Assembly (NCBI GenBank): GCA_036339735.1
Contig: JAYZAL010000087.1
Span: 1 to 64,000, forward strand
Reading direction: 5' to 3'
Origin: Candidatus Poribacteria bacterium
GTDB taxonomy: Bacteria; Poribacteria; WGA-4E; UBA9662
Length of the DNA stretch: 64,000 bases
The position numbers were made by a program, and so were the translations under genes. The notes beneath the pieces are model-generated. The model searched no databases. It worked only from the letters and a program-made list of their open reading frames with translations, and was not told the DNA's origin. Below are positions 20,382-30,196 of the stretch, one piece after another. Numbering within the stretch: the stretch's first letter is position 1; each line of letters opens with the position of its first letter.

Positions 20382-21086
20382 TCACCTCAGTTCTACTTTT
20401 GGGTCATAACCTTTATTGTAACTAGTTGAACGCTTAGGAATATAATGACAAATGAAGGATTTGCGAAATCTGTTCATAGAACGATTAGGTAGAGAGCCGT
20501 GAATCAACCTACCATGAAAAAATAGGGTATCGCCTTTTTCCATTTCAACCATTTTAGTCGAGTATTGAGGATTTGGTCTCACTGCTGTATGAGTAAATGA
20601 AAGTGCGGGGTCAGTTTCTTTCATTTCTAATACTGGCTCTAGATGCGAACCAGGACAGACCATCAACGCACCATTACCAGCATCAGTTTTTTCAAGGGCA
20701 ACCCAAGCAGCAACACAAGAATAAGGTTGTGTTTGCAAATAAAAATCGTCTTGGTGTAAGGCTTGACCAAGTGCCTGCGGTGGTTTCCAATAAATCATAG
20801 TTTGCAAGCCAACTGCTGGTTCACCCAGTAGAATTTCCAATTGATCGACAATTCTCGGATGCCTCAAAACGTGCAGAGATAGCGGGTCTACCCGGTGCGG
20901 GTGCATCATACGAGGGTAAACTTCTAGAGGGTCTTCGGCATCTGGTTTACTGTTGAAACATCCAACAATGCTTTCTTGTTGGTGGAGTTCATGAGCGCGT
21001 TCAACTATCTGATCACATTCATTTACTGATAACAAAGACTCGCAGACTACGAAACCATGAGCAAGGTATTGATTTTGTAAATTCAT
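20382..21086 (-). CDS. PhyH-family Fe(II)/2-oxoglutarate dioxygenase
   Basis: ALHQD, WVALE...NGALMVCPGSH, GDTLFFHGRLIHGSLPN..R. Confidence 0.88.
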   Translation of the reverse strand: MNLQNQYLAHGFVVCESLLSVNECDQIVERAHELHQQESIVGCFNSKPDAEDPLEVYPRMMHPHRVDPLSLHVLRHPRIVDQLEILLGEPAVGLQTMIYWKPPQALGQALHQDDFYLQTQPYSCVAAWVALEKTDAGNGALMVCPGSHLEPVLEMKETDPALSFTHTAVRPNPQYSTKMVEMEKGDTLFFHGRLIHGSLPNRSMNRFRKSFICHYIPKRSTSYNKGYDPKVELR

Positions 21087-21438
21087 ATTATTTCTTCTCG
21101 CTACCCCCCCAAGTATACCACATCTCTACAAGATTAATATGTTGCTACTTGTTGGTGGAACTTGAAAACAACAGGATTGTCTGTTATCTTCTGGGCAGTA
21201 ATTTCAATCCCTTCTGACATATATCTTAAAAAATTAATAACTTATCTCAAACCAAGATAAAAAGAGCAGTCATGAGAAACAAACCTGTCCTGTTTCCTAA
21301 TTTATAATATAAAGGAACAGGATTTGAGAAATACAGAAAGAGGAAGTCAAATAAAAAGATTACTCATAAAACTTAAACGCCAATTGATTGTTCAGTAATC
21401 ATAGCTTTTACTACTTTTGTGGCATAGGAGTTTTGATA

Positions 21439-22464
21439 ATGAAAGAAATATTAGGCCAAACGAACGTATTATCACTGCGTTGTGGCTCTGGGAGTACTAA
21501 AGGAATTGGTCAAGAAATTGGCAAATTTGCGGTAGTTACAATGGAGATTCCGTGGAACCTCACCAAGACAGTGATTGGAGGAACTCCTGAGCAAGTATTA
21601 TTTGTGGACTCTGTAGATCAGTTGGTTTTGGACCAAAAACTACTAAGTCTACCAGAATGCGATACTATAATCGGGATTGGAGGTGGTCTAGCCGTGGATG
21701 CGGCCAAATATTTTTGCTGGAAGCGGAATCTGAGATTAGTGACCATCCCTACAGTACTTAGTGTGAATGCATTTGTAACTCCAGCAACTGGAATTAGAAT
21801 TAACCGTGAAGTTAAGTATGTTGGTATAACAAGCCCTGATCCTCTAATTATAGATTACGATATTCTTCGTACTGCACCACAGAGTTTGAATATTGCTGGA
21901 ATTGGAGATTTACTTTCGATTCATACTGCTAGCTTTGATTGGGAATATGCTGAAAGTAAGGGGAAATCCGAATATGTATTTTCTGAATTGGCAATCAAAG
22001 AAGCTAAATCAATACTAATGGATATTTGTTCAATGGCTTCTGAAATAAGAGATGTTACAAACAAAAGCTTATTGGCAATCGTTGAAGGCTACATGAAATT
22101 GAACGCAATTTGTATACCTTTAGATCACTTTCGTGTAGAGGAGGGATCGGAACATTTTCTATTTTATGAATTGGAAGAACGATTAAGAAGGTCCTTCATT
22201 CACGGTCATATAATTGGCCTTGGCATATACCTAATGAGCCGGTTACAAGATAATCAGGCCGAGCATATTACCGAAATTCTAAATAGGACTAAGTTGGATT
22301 ATCATCCTAGGGATCTAGGGATTAAGCGACAAGATTTGGTTGATTCCTTAAAAAACCTGAAATCCTTTGTCCGAAATAAACCACAACTTTGGTTCACAAT
22401 TATAGATGGTTCAGAAATATCGGATGAGTGGATAGATCATGTCTTATCAGACCTACGTTTCTAA
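21439..22464 (+). CDS. Glycerol-1-phosphate dehydrogenase-like (EgsA/AraM; DHQS/Fe-ADH superfamily)
   Basis: GIGGGLAVDAAKY, IPTVLS, AGIGDLLS, GSEH...HG metal ligands; AGGAG before ATG 21439. Confidence 0.75.
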   Translation: MKEILGQTNVLSLRCGSGSTKGIGQEIGKFAVVTMEIPWNLTKTVIGGTPEQVLFVDSVDQLVLDQKLLSLPECDTIIGIGGGLAVDAAKYFCWKRNLRLVTIPTVLSVNAFVTPATGIRINREVKYVGITSPDPLIIDYDILRTAPQSLNIAGIGDLLSIHTASFDWEYAESKGKSEYVFSELAIKEAKSILMDICSMASEIRDVTNKSLLAIVEGYMKLNAICIPLDHFRVEEGSEHFLFYELEERLRRSFIHGHIIGLGIYLMSRLQDNQAEHITEILNRTKLDYHPRDLGIKRQDLVDSLKNLKSFVRNKPQLWFTIIDGSEISDEWIDHVLSDLRF

Positions 22465-22869
22465 TCATGGCTCAACTCATTGCTATTGTCTCTTAGATAC
22501 AAGATACTGAAGTTGTGACAATCACGAGGCAAGGAATCCAGTCAAATTTGAACTGATTCTAAGATAACCTTCTCTTAGAAACAAAGCTTTCTGGTTCCCT
22601 GATAAATGCATCATCTTTACTTAATATAAATCCGCTATATTTGTAATTCAGTTTGATTTTTATAGAGATTGATTTAATGGAGAAACTCCGTTCGAGAGCA
22701 AAATATCAGATACGGCCGTTTTTCTCAACTCAGATACAAGATTACAAATGAAATCTATATGTTCCGTTCAATTTTGATTATCTAAAGATGAATTTGCATA
22801 ACACATCCGTTTTGTATGTTCATAGAAAAACGCATTTAGCACAATACCTTTCACGAGGGGGTTAATGAA

Positions 22870-24198
22870 ATGAAGATTGCATTTAGGTTCTCGATTATTT
22901 ATCTTTGCCTATTTATCTCATTTATTTCTTATAGTCATGATCTACCTTGGCTAACAGCTCCCTACCTACAGAACGTGAAACCAAATGGAATCACTATCAT
23001 GTGGGAAATTAGAGAAAAAAAAGACATTTACATTAATTACAGTACCGATCAGGCTTTAAAGAAATCAAAGCAGGCTAGATCAACTAATTCCAAGCACGAT
23101 TCACACATATACAAGGTTGAGCTCATAAATTTGAAGCCGGGGACGACATACTATTACAGGTTGAGCCATGAGGATATGCATTCATATATAAGAACATTTC
23201 GAACAGCGCCTCTATCGCCTCAACCCTTTAGCTTTGGTGTTTGGTCTGATAGTCAAGGTCATAATCGAGGTGTATATAATATAGACATTCACGAACCAAC
23301 AAAAAGTATGATGAAGCACATGGCTGATAGCGGTGTGGATATTGCGTTGACTGCAGGAGACCTTGCGGAAAATGGAGGGAACTATCAGGATGTCCGAAAT
23401 TACTTTCTCGATCGTATAGCAAAATACCTTGGACAATCTGTTCCATTCTTCCCTGCCTGGGGAAATCATGAACCTAATCGGCAAGACATAATCAGAAAGT
23501 TTGCCGATACACCGGCAAAAAACCGTACTGGTATGGACCCGGGATGGGGCAGTTATTCCTTCGATTATGCTGGAGTTCATTTTATCTGTATAGATTTCAG
23601 TACAATGAAAGAGGATATAAAAACGTGGCTGGAGGATGATTTAAAATCCTCTTTATCAAACAATCCACGTTACACTTTTTTATTCATCCATATACCACCA
23701 TACTGTGAGCTCTGGATCGATGGAGATAAGTGGCTACGCTCACGTTTAGTGCCTTTATTAGAACAGTATGGAGTTGATGCTGTGTTCAGTGGACATACAC
23801 ATGAGTACGAACGTGGTTACAAGGAGCACGTCCACTACATCATAACTGGTGGTGGTAGTTGGTTAGATTGGGAAGAGCCGATTGTAAAAGACTGGGAACA
23901 CATGTTTGTTGGTGGAGCAAAAAACTTGGCGGAATTTCGCCACGGTCTCATTAACGAATATGTACGAGTAGATGTTGAAATGGATGAGTGGATCGGTTCT
24001 ATGCATGCATTTCAACCAAATGGAGACTACATAGGTGTACGTGATCGCTTTGGATCTATGCTGAAAGATGCTAATGGTGATGGATTATTAACGGGACCAG
24101 AACGTATTATGCCATCAAACTACTTGACGGGTATGCCTTCAGATGCTAGGAAAATTGGTGTTAACGATCCAACGAAAAAAAAGAAAAATGCAGAATAA
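22870..24198 (+). CDS. Secreted purple-acid-phosphatase-family metallophosphoesterase
   Basis: Signal peptide; PYLQ...LKPGTTYYY...FRTAP N-terminal domain; SDSQ, GDL, GNHE, GHTHEYER motifs. Confidence 0.88.
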   Translation: MKIAFRFSIIYLCLFISFISYSHDLPWLTAPYLQNVKPNGITIMWEIREKKDIYINYSTDQALKKSKQARSTNSKHDSHIYKVELINLKPGTTYYYRLSHEDMHSYIRTFRTAPLSPQPFSFGVWSDSQGHNRGVYNIDIHEPTKSMMKHMADSGVDIALTAGDLAENGGNYQDVRNYFLDRIAKYLGQSVPFFPAWGNHEPNRQDIIRKFADTPAKNRTGMDPGWGSYSFDYAGVHFICIDFSTMKEDIKTWLEDDLKSSLSNNPRYTFLFIHIPPYCELWIDGDKWLRSRLVPLLEQYGVDAVFSGHTHEYERGYKEHVHYIITGGGSWLDWEEPIVKDWEHMFVGGAKNLAEFRHGLINEYVRVDVEMDEWIGSMHAFQPNGDYIGVRDRFGSMLKDANGDGLLTGPERIMPSNYLTGMPSDARKIGVNDPTKKKKNAE

Positions 24199-24694
24199 TA
24201 GAAGTATAGTTGCCCAAGAATTTTACGTCATATTCTTTTACTATGCATTCCAGAAAGTATCCAGATTTTGTTTGAAGAAAGTAGAGAGCCTTTAGGAGTA
24301 AGATGAGTACGTATATAGAAAAAACTTCTGTCAAACAGAGAAAGCTTCTCCATTTAAGTGAATAAGGTCTGAATTGATAGTACACGACTCAACTAATTTT
24401 GTACTTGACATACTACTCACGAACTTAACATCGAACTCAAAACTCATCTTGTTGATGGACAGTCCTACTTCGTTTAATTTAAGTTGGGTTACGATGTAGA
24501 CTATGATGTTCAATTGAGTGGTAGAGGTTTTGTTACTTATTTCAAGATCATCTAATCTTAACCTTTCAAATTCTGGGAAGTGGAGTCTTTGAGATGATAG
24601 ATACTCAGCATTCTTCTCTGATACAAGATAAAGTAAGTGAAAAATTGCATGTAGATGAAGATAAAATCATGCATATGGAACTGAGTTGTCACCA

Positions 24695-24720
24695 ATTAGC
24701 TTTGATAAATCAAAGCTAAT
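24695..24720. repeat. Perfect 12-bp inverted repeat, possible operator
   Basis: ATTAGCTTTGAT-AA-ATCAAAGCTAAT, about 160 nt upstream of moeB. Confidence 0.5.
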
Positions 24721-24877
24721 CTTTCAAAGATTGTTTACGTATAGAAGCTCAAAACAGATCATTAATCAATCGAAATAGGACCGTAGAAAAGCGCTAACTG
24801 GATACTATGAGCCAGGCTTGAAGGGTGAACGGAGGTATGATATAATTCTCTCGCTTGAACTCGGTGTAAAAACAGCT

Positions 24878-26056
24878 ATGAAATCTTCCAGAGACCTAAT
24901 CGCTTCTGCAAAACAAGAGATACCCGAAGCTTCCGTTTCAGAAGTGAAACAGAAAATTGACGGTGGTGATGATTTTGTTTTGCTTGACATTCGTGACAAT
25001 GATGAATATCGAGCAGGCTATATTCCTTCAGCTGTCTACATAAGCCGTGGCATGTTAGAGCTAGAAATAGAGGATTACGTTCCTGATCGAAACCAAGAAA
25101 TTGTCTTGTATTGTGCCGGTGGAGTTCGTTCATTATTAGCGGCTCAAACGCTCAAATCATTGGGGTATACACGGTTAATCTCTATGTCTGGTGGCTTCAG
25201 AGACTGGCTTAGTAGTGGTAATGCAGTTGACAAGCCTGTTGCTATGACGACGGAGCAAATGGAACGTTATAGTAGACACTTCATGCTTCGTGAGATTGGT
25301 GAAGCTGGACAGGCCAAATTATTGGACTCGCGTGTGTTACTGATTGGGGCTGGTGGATTAGGTTCGCCAGCGGGGGTATATCTGGCCGCAGCTGGTGTGG
25401 GAACTTTGGGTATTGTTGATTCTGATACGGTAGACCTTAGTAATCTGCAACGCCAGATCCTGCACTATACCGCTGATGTCAGTAAACTGAAAGTTGATTC
25501 GGCTATTGAAACCATTCAGGCGATGAATCCGGATGTGAACGTAATTCGACATGCGTTTCGTTTGGATGAGTCTAATGTGATGGATATTTTCAATGATTAT
25601 GAAGTAATAGTTGATGGAACAGATAACTTTGCGACCCGATATTTAGTTAATGATGCAGCGGTTTTGGCCAAAAAACCAGTGGTTCACGGTAGTATTTTCC
25701 AATTCGAAGGGCAGCTAACAGTTTTTGACACTAACCAAGGACCTTGTTACCGTTGCTTATTTCCTTCACCTCCACCACCAGGCTTAGTACCTGGCTGAAA
25801 CGAAGCTGGTGTACTGGGCGTGCTCCCAGGAACGATTGGTGTTCTGATGGCAACAGAAGCAATGAAGCTACTACTAGACGGTGGAAATCCCTTAGTTGGC
25901 CGCCTCATGACTTACGACTCAATGTCGATGAAGTTTCAAGAATTCAAGGTAAGTCGTGACCAAGATTGTGTAATTTGCGGTACTACTCCACAGCTAACGC
26001 AACTTCTACCGGACTATGAGACTTACGCGGACACTGGCCAACTATCCATTCCTTGA
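24878..26056 (+). CDS. moeB: Rhodanese-MoeB/ThiF sulfur-carrier adenylyltransferase with in-frame TGA (probable selenocysteine) at the active-site Cys
   Basis: Rhodanese YCAGGVRS; RYSRH, GAGGLGSP, SNLQRQ, DGTDNF; CYRCLFPSPPPPGLVPG-[TGA 25796-25798]-NEAGVLGVLPG...DCVIC. ORFs 24818..25798 and 25820..26056 are one reading frame. Confidence 0.88.
25814..25829 (+). promoter_or_regulatory. Putative bacterial SECIS element
   Basis: CTGGG-CGTGCT-CCCAG hairpin; the apical loop starts 20 nt after the TGA and has G at loop position 2. Confidence 0.6.
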
Positions 26057-26083
26057 TCAAAAAACTGGGACTTAGAACCTAAG

Positions 26084-27196
26084 ATGACATGGGCCGAAGT
26101 CGATCTGACATTGGTTCGACAGAATGCCTTAGCTATTAAGTCATATGTCGATGATCGAAAGCTGATAGCTGTCATCAAGTCAGATGCTTACGGTCACGGA
26201 TTAGTTCCGGTAGCTCGAGCATTAAGGCCGGTTGCAGACATCTTAGCAGTCGCGACTGTTAACGAAGCAGTCGAGTTACGTAATAACCAGATTGAAGCCC
26301 CGATTATGATTTTGTACAGTAGCTTGCCACAGGATGTGTCAGCTATTATCGAACATGATCTGCAGCCGACTGTATCTGACCCTGAATTTTGCAAAAATTT
26401 ATTTCAATTGGCCGTTGAAAAGCGTCAGATCGTTCGTACCCATGTTAATATTGACACCGGTATGAACCGAGATGGTGTCTGGCATCAGAAAGCAACTTCT
26501 TTTATTGATTGGTTATCGTCTTTACCGCAGATTGAAGTAGCGAGTATCTTCACTCATTTTGCCACTACTGACGTTAACAAATCGTCCCGGATGCACAAAC
26601 AGCTGGACCGCTTTAAGATTGTGGTGTCTGAATTACGCCAACAGAATATTCTTCCTCCGACAGTACATGTGGCTAGTACCGCAGCACTATTATCGCCTTT
26701 TTCGACTGTTGAAACCGATTTCAATGCAGTTCGAGTTGGTCTTGGGCTTTATGGAGTTTTACCCGTAATGACGAAACAGATGCCATTTCCATTGTCCCCA
26801 GCTCTAACTTGGAAGGCCTCTGTTATTTCAGTTCGGAATGTTAAGGCTGGTGAATCAGTGAGCTACGGAAGTGATTACAAAGCTAATATCGATCAAAAGC
26901 TTGCTACATTAAGGGTTGGTTATGGAGATGGCTACCCAAGACAATTATCAAACAATGGACAGATTATGATCAAAAATAAACTTTATCCGATTGTTGGTCA
27001 GGTTTGTATGGACGTCACTATCTGTTCTTTGGATTCGTATAACACGGTTTCAGTAGGAGATACTGCTATTTTAATTGGTCAGGGGATGGAGACTAACTTG
27101 CCAGTTAATCAGCTTGCTAATCATGCAGGCACTATTTCCTATGAGATTTTGTCTCAGATTAACAAGCGAGTACCACGACTATATAACACCAGTTGA
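26084..27196 (+). CDS. alr: Alanine racemase
   Basis: AVIKSDAYGHG (PLP Lys), IDTGMNRDG, VRVGLGLYG, GYGDGYPR, VCMD, TISYEIL. Confidence 0.93.
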   Translation: MTWAEVDLTLVRQNALAIKSYVDDRKLIAVIKSDAYGHGLVPVARALRPVADILAVATVNEAVELRNNQIEAPIMILYSSLPQDVSAIIEHDLQPTVSDPEFCKNLFQLAVEKRQIVRTHVNIDTGMNRDGVWHQKATSFIDWLSSLPQIEVASIFTHFATTDVNKSSRMHKQLDRFKIVVSELRQQNILPPTVHVASTAALLSPFSTVETDFNAVRVGLGLYGVLPVMTKQMPFPLSPALTWKASVISVRNVKAGESVSYGSDYKANIDQKLATLRVGYGDGYPRQLSNNGQIMIKNKLYPIVGQVCMDVTICSLDSYNTVSVGDTAILIGQGMETNLPVNQLANHAGTISYEILSQINKRVPRLYNTS

Positions 27197-27339
27197 AACA
27201 ATCAAGTCTATGAAAAACAATCTTGATTCATCTAGTTTACTGGCTGTTAGGCGACTTTTTACTTTAGTTGGTTGGTCTATGTAGGCATGACTAGTTTTAT
27301 CGCTTCGTTTCGTGTAACTAAAGCCAATATTTGTGTCTA

Positions 27340-28341
27340 ATGATGAGAAAACTAGTTGAGCTGATATTTGTCTGGGTGTGGCCCGTTTTTTGTTTTTGGA
27401 CCCCATTATTTGCCACCGAGCTGGATAACCTGATTAATTGTCTGGAGTCAGTACCATCAGCAGAGACCAGTGTTTATCAGTTGCGGGACAATCAGGGCCG
27501 ATCGATGGACTGCCTGAAAGTTTGGCCAATGAATCATGGTGAATATCTGGCTATTTATCACTCTTTCAAAGAAGGGGTCTTTAGTGTTCGGTTGGCCAAG
27601 TCTAAAAACCTACTCGATTGGCAATTTCTGGTCTTCCTGGATGAGCACGCATCGCAACCCAACATTTGGCAATCAGCAAATGGATCCTTCATTGCCGCTT
27701 ATGAAAAAGATGCTCCTAATTCTTGCTGGATCAGACTGCGATTTTATCCAGATTTTGCGCATCTGATCCAGGCTGAGTTTTCAGCGGAATATGATATTGA
27801 ACGTACTTTGGCCCCGACAGCAGAGGGAACACCTAGTTTTGAATCAGTTACGTTGATTGATAACCAAATTGACCAATCGGAAATTCACCTGAGATTTCAC
27901 TATTATAAACGAGCTGAAGTTGATCGACTTGCAGAAGGCCGACTAACTAATTTTCGCCAATGGGAATCGAAACCACTCGATCAAATTAATCGCCAGATTA
28001 GAAAACAGGGGTCGAGTGGAAATTTCGGCGATCGAGATAAATTTAATTGGAAAGGGAAACTTTACTATCTACAGGAAGTACAAAAAACAGCAGGTGATTG
28101 GACTTCTTGGCAAATTTTTTTGTGTGATTCAGGTGGAATGCCCAGTAGAAAATTATCTATACAAAGTCATCATGGGTCGGTTTCTTATTCTAACCCAAAT
28201 ATAAGTTGGGTTAGCAACGTAGAAGGTGAAAACAAATTAGTTGTTACACTTTTTTTGCCTTCTGAAGGGAATTCACCGAAGGAATCCGGTCAACTGTTAT
28301 ATGTGCTAGACCCATCCAAGTGCTCTAAAGCAACCCCTTAA
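27340..28341 (+). CDS. Secreted hypothetical protein, possibly a beta-propeller glycosidase-like fold
   Basis: Long ORF with hydrophobic N-terminus; LAKSKNLLDW resembles an Asp-box-like blade; family not recognised. Confidence 0.55.
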   Translation: MMRKLVELIFVWVWPVFCFWTPLFATELDNLINCLESVPSAETSVYQLRDNQGRSMDCLKVWPMNHGEYLAIYHSFKEGVFSVRLAKSKNLLDWQFLVFLDEHASQPNIWQSANGSFIAAYEKDAPNSCWIRLRFYPDFAHLIQAEFSAEYDIERTLAPTAEGTPSFESVTLIDNQIDQSEIHLRFHYYKRAEVDRLAEGRLTNFRQWESKPLDQINRQIRKQGSSGNFGDRDKFNWKGKLYYLQEVQKTAGDWTSWQIFLCDSGGMPSRKLSIQSHHGSVSYSNPNISWVSNVEGENKLVVTLFLPSEGNSPKESGQLLYVLDPSKCSKATP

Positions 28342-29116
28342 CCATCCCCCCATCAACTTGGATTGTGGCACCAGTTATATAGCTAGCTCGAACAGAAGCT
28401 AAAAAGACAACTAAGTTAGCAAACTCCTCTGGGTCGCCGATTCGGCCAAGTGGTATTTCTTCAGTCATATTTTGAATAGCTTCATCAAAACTAATATTAC
28501 CTTCTTTAGCTCTGATCGTAGCCAGTTGCTGAATTCGATCAGTGAAGATAATGCCTGGGCAAACATTGTTGACCAGTATATTGTCACCTGCCAACTCTGT
28601 AGCTAGCGTTTTAGCAAAACCGATCACGCCTGCTCGGGCTGTATTGGACAGCATTAACCCACCAATAGGTTGTTTGACTGAGACTGAGGTAAGGTTGATA
28701 ATGCGCCCTCCACCTCTACTTCGCATACTTGGGACAACTGCTCGAGTCATGTTGATCGTACTCATTAAGTTGAGATCAATGGCGGATTGGTAATCAGCTG
28801 AATCAAGATCGTCAAATCCACCGGCTTTAGGTCCGCCAGAGTTGTTAATCAAAATATCTATTCCACCAAAACGTTCTACTGCAATTTCAACTAGATTATC
28901 GACTTCCTTTGGATTGCTAACGTCAGCTACCACTGACATTACTTCGCCACCAGTCTCATTTTGTATAACTTGTCTGGTTTGAATTAGATCTTCTTCATGC
29001 CTGGCGCAAATAACAACAAAAGATCCTTCTCTGGATAAACCGAGTGAGATCGCTTTTCCAAGCCCCTTGCTAGAAGCGCAAACGATCGCAACTTTTTCTG
29101 ACAAACCTAAATCCAT
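28325..29116 (-). CDS. SDR-family oxidoreductase (3-oxoacyl-ACP reductase-like)
   Basis: ASSKGLG, ILINNSGGP, SNTARAG, NNVCPG, PLGRIGDPEEF, IQVDGG. Confidence 0.9.
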   Translation of the reverse strand: MDLGLSEKVAIVCASSKGLGKAISLGLSREGSFVVICARHEEDLIQTRQVIQNETGGEVMSVVADVSNPKEVDNLVEIAVERFGGIDILINNSGGPKAGGFDDLDSADYQSAIDLNLMSTINMTRAVVPSMRSRGGGRIINLTSVSVKQPIGGLMLSNTARAGVIGFAKTLATELAGDNILVNNVCPGIIFTDRIQQLATIRAKEGNISFDEAIQNMTEEIPLGRIGDPEEFANLVVFLASVRASYITGATIQVDGGMVKGLL

Positions 29117-29230
29117 CCTATGACTCCTTCCGATTATTAATTGTTAAACTGACGAGTAAATTATTTAAGGCCTTTCCAAATCGAAACAGTAGAAAAATAA
29201 ACTCTTATTTTCTGACTATTGAATTTTAGC

Positions 29231-30196
29231 TTAAAACCATTGAGCTTTGTTGACTAAGTTTCGTAATGGCTCACCGGCAGCAAAACGACGCGCATTATCA
29301 AGTAATAATTCAAATTGACGGCTTGGTACATCTACAGCATCCTTAACTGCGATATGTGGTGTTAGAATGACATTGGGTAAATTCCAAAGCCGGTGGTCAG
29401 CGGGGAATGGTTCTACCTCGTAAACATCCAAAGCCGCACCAGCTATGTGACTATTCTCAATAGCTTGAGTCAAATCTTCTATTTGAGTGGTTGCTCCTCG
29501 CCCAATATTAACAAAGTAGGCTGTAGGTTTCATTTTTTTAAACCTGCTCAGATTCCACATACCTTCTGTTTGGGGTGTATGCGGGACAGTGACAATCACA
29601 AAATCGGCTAACGGAATGAGTTGATCAAGAGATTCAGGTTGGTGTTTTTCAATTTTTTCTACTTGGTACTCCCAGCGGATGTCAACACCTAGAGTTCGCA
29701 TGCCAAAAGCCTCACAAAGTCTCGCAGTTTCTTGGCCAATTCCACCAACCCCAACAATCAAGGCTGTGGCATTTTTTAGATCGATGTATGGAGTTTTACG
29801 AGCATTCTGGTCCCAATACTTGTTTCTTTGAGCCTCTATATAAGAAGGTAAACCGCGCGCGAGTGCCAAAATATACATCAGGATATGTTGGCCAATATGG
29901 TCATTATATACGCCCCTAGGGTTACATATTTGGACTGGGTGAGCAATTAATTCTGGGTAGTAAGATCCTGCAGGAGGTCCAGCGGCAGGGCTCTGAATCC
30001 AGCGCAATTTTTTTGCTCTCGGAAGGAGATCAGGCGTTACCCAACCAAATACGGCATCAGCTGTAGCTAGTTCGGCTTGAGCTAACTGCATCGTGTCTGG
30101 CATGACGATATTGTAAATTGGTAACTGTTGGCGAATTTCCTTTGCCCATTCATGCAGCGTCTGAGTACAGGGGGGCATCATCAAAAGCTTAATCAT
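29231..30196 (-). CDS. D-2-hydroxyacid dehydrogenase
   Basis: IVGVGGIG, VPHTPQT, FVNIGRG, AALDVYEVEP, ILTPHIA. Confidence 0.9.
   Translation of the reverse strand: MIKLLMMPPCTQTLHEWAKEIRQQLPIYNIVMPDTMQLAQAELATADAVFGWVTPDLLPRAKKLRWIQSPAAGPPAGSYYPELIAHPVQICNPRGVYNDHIGQHILMYILALARGLPSYIEAQRNKYWDQNARKTPYIDLKNATALIVGVGGIGQETARLCEAFGMRTLGVDIRWEYQVEKIEKHQPESLDQLIPLADFVIVTVPHTPQTEGMWNLSRFKKMKPTAYFVNIGRGATTQIEDLTQAIENSHIAGAALDVYEVEPFPADHRLWNLPNVILTPHIAVKDAVDVPSRQFELLLDNARRFAAGEPLRNLVNKAQWF

Noticed and set aside
22490-24630. GATACAAGAT recurring three times around the phosphatase gene (about 22496, 22733, 24620)
   Set aside because: A short AT-rich word whose flanks do not extend; insufficient to call a target-site duplication or operator.
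24331-24670. Minus-strand open stretch of about 110 codons (includes track ORF 24331..24513)
   Set aside because: No convincing start, RBS or recognisable motif
25820-26056. Separate 78-aa ORF / split moeB pseudogene
   Set aside because: Same frame as the upstream ORF, and the only interruption is a TGA at the conserved Cys column. Better explained as Sec readthrough.
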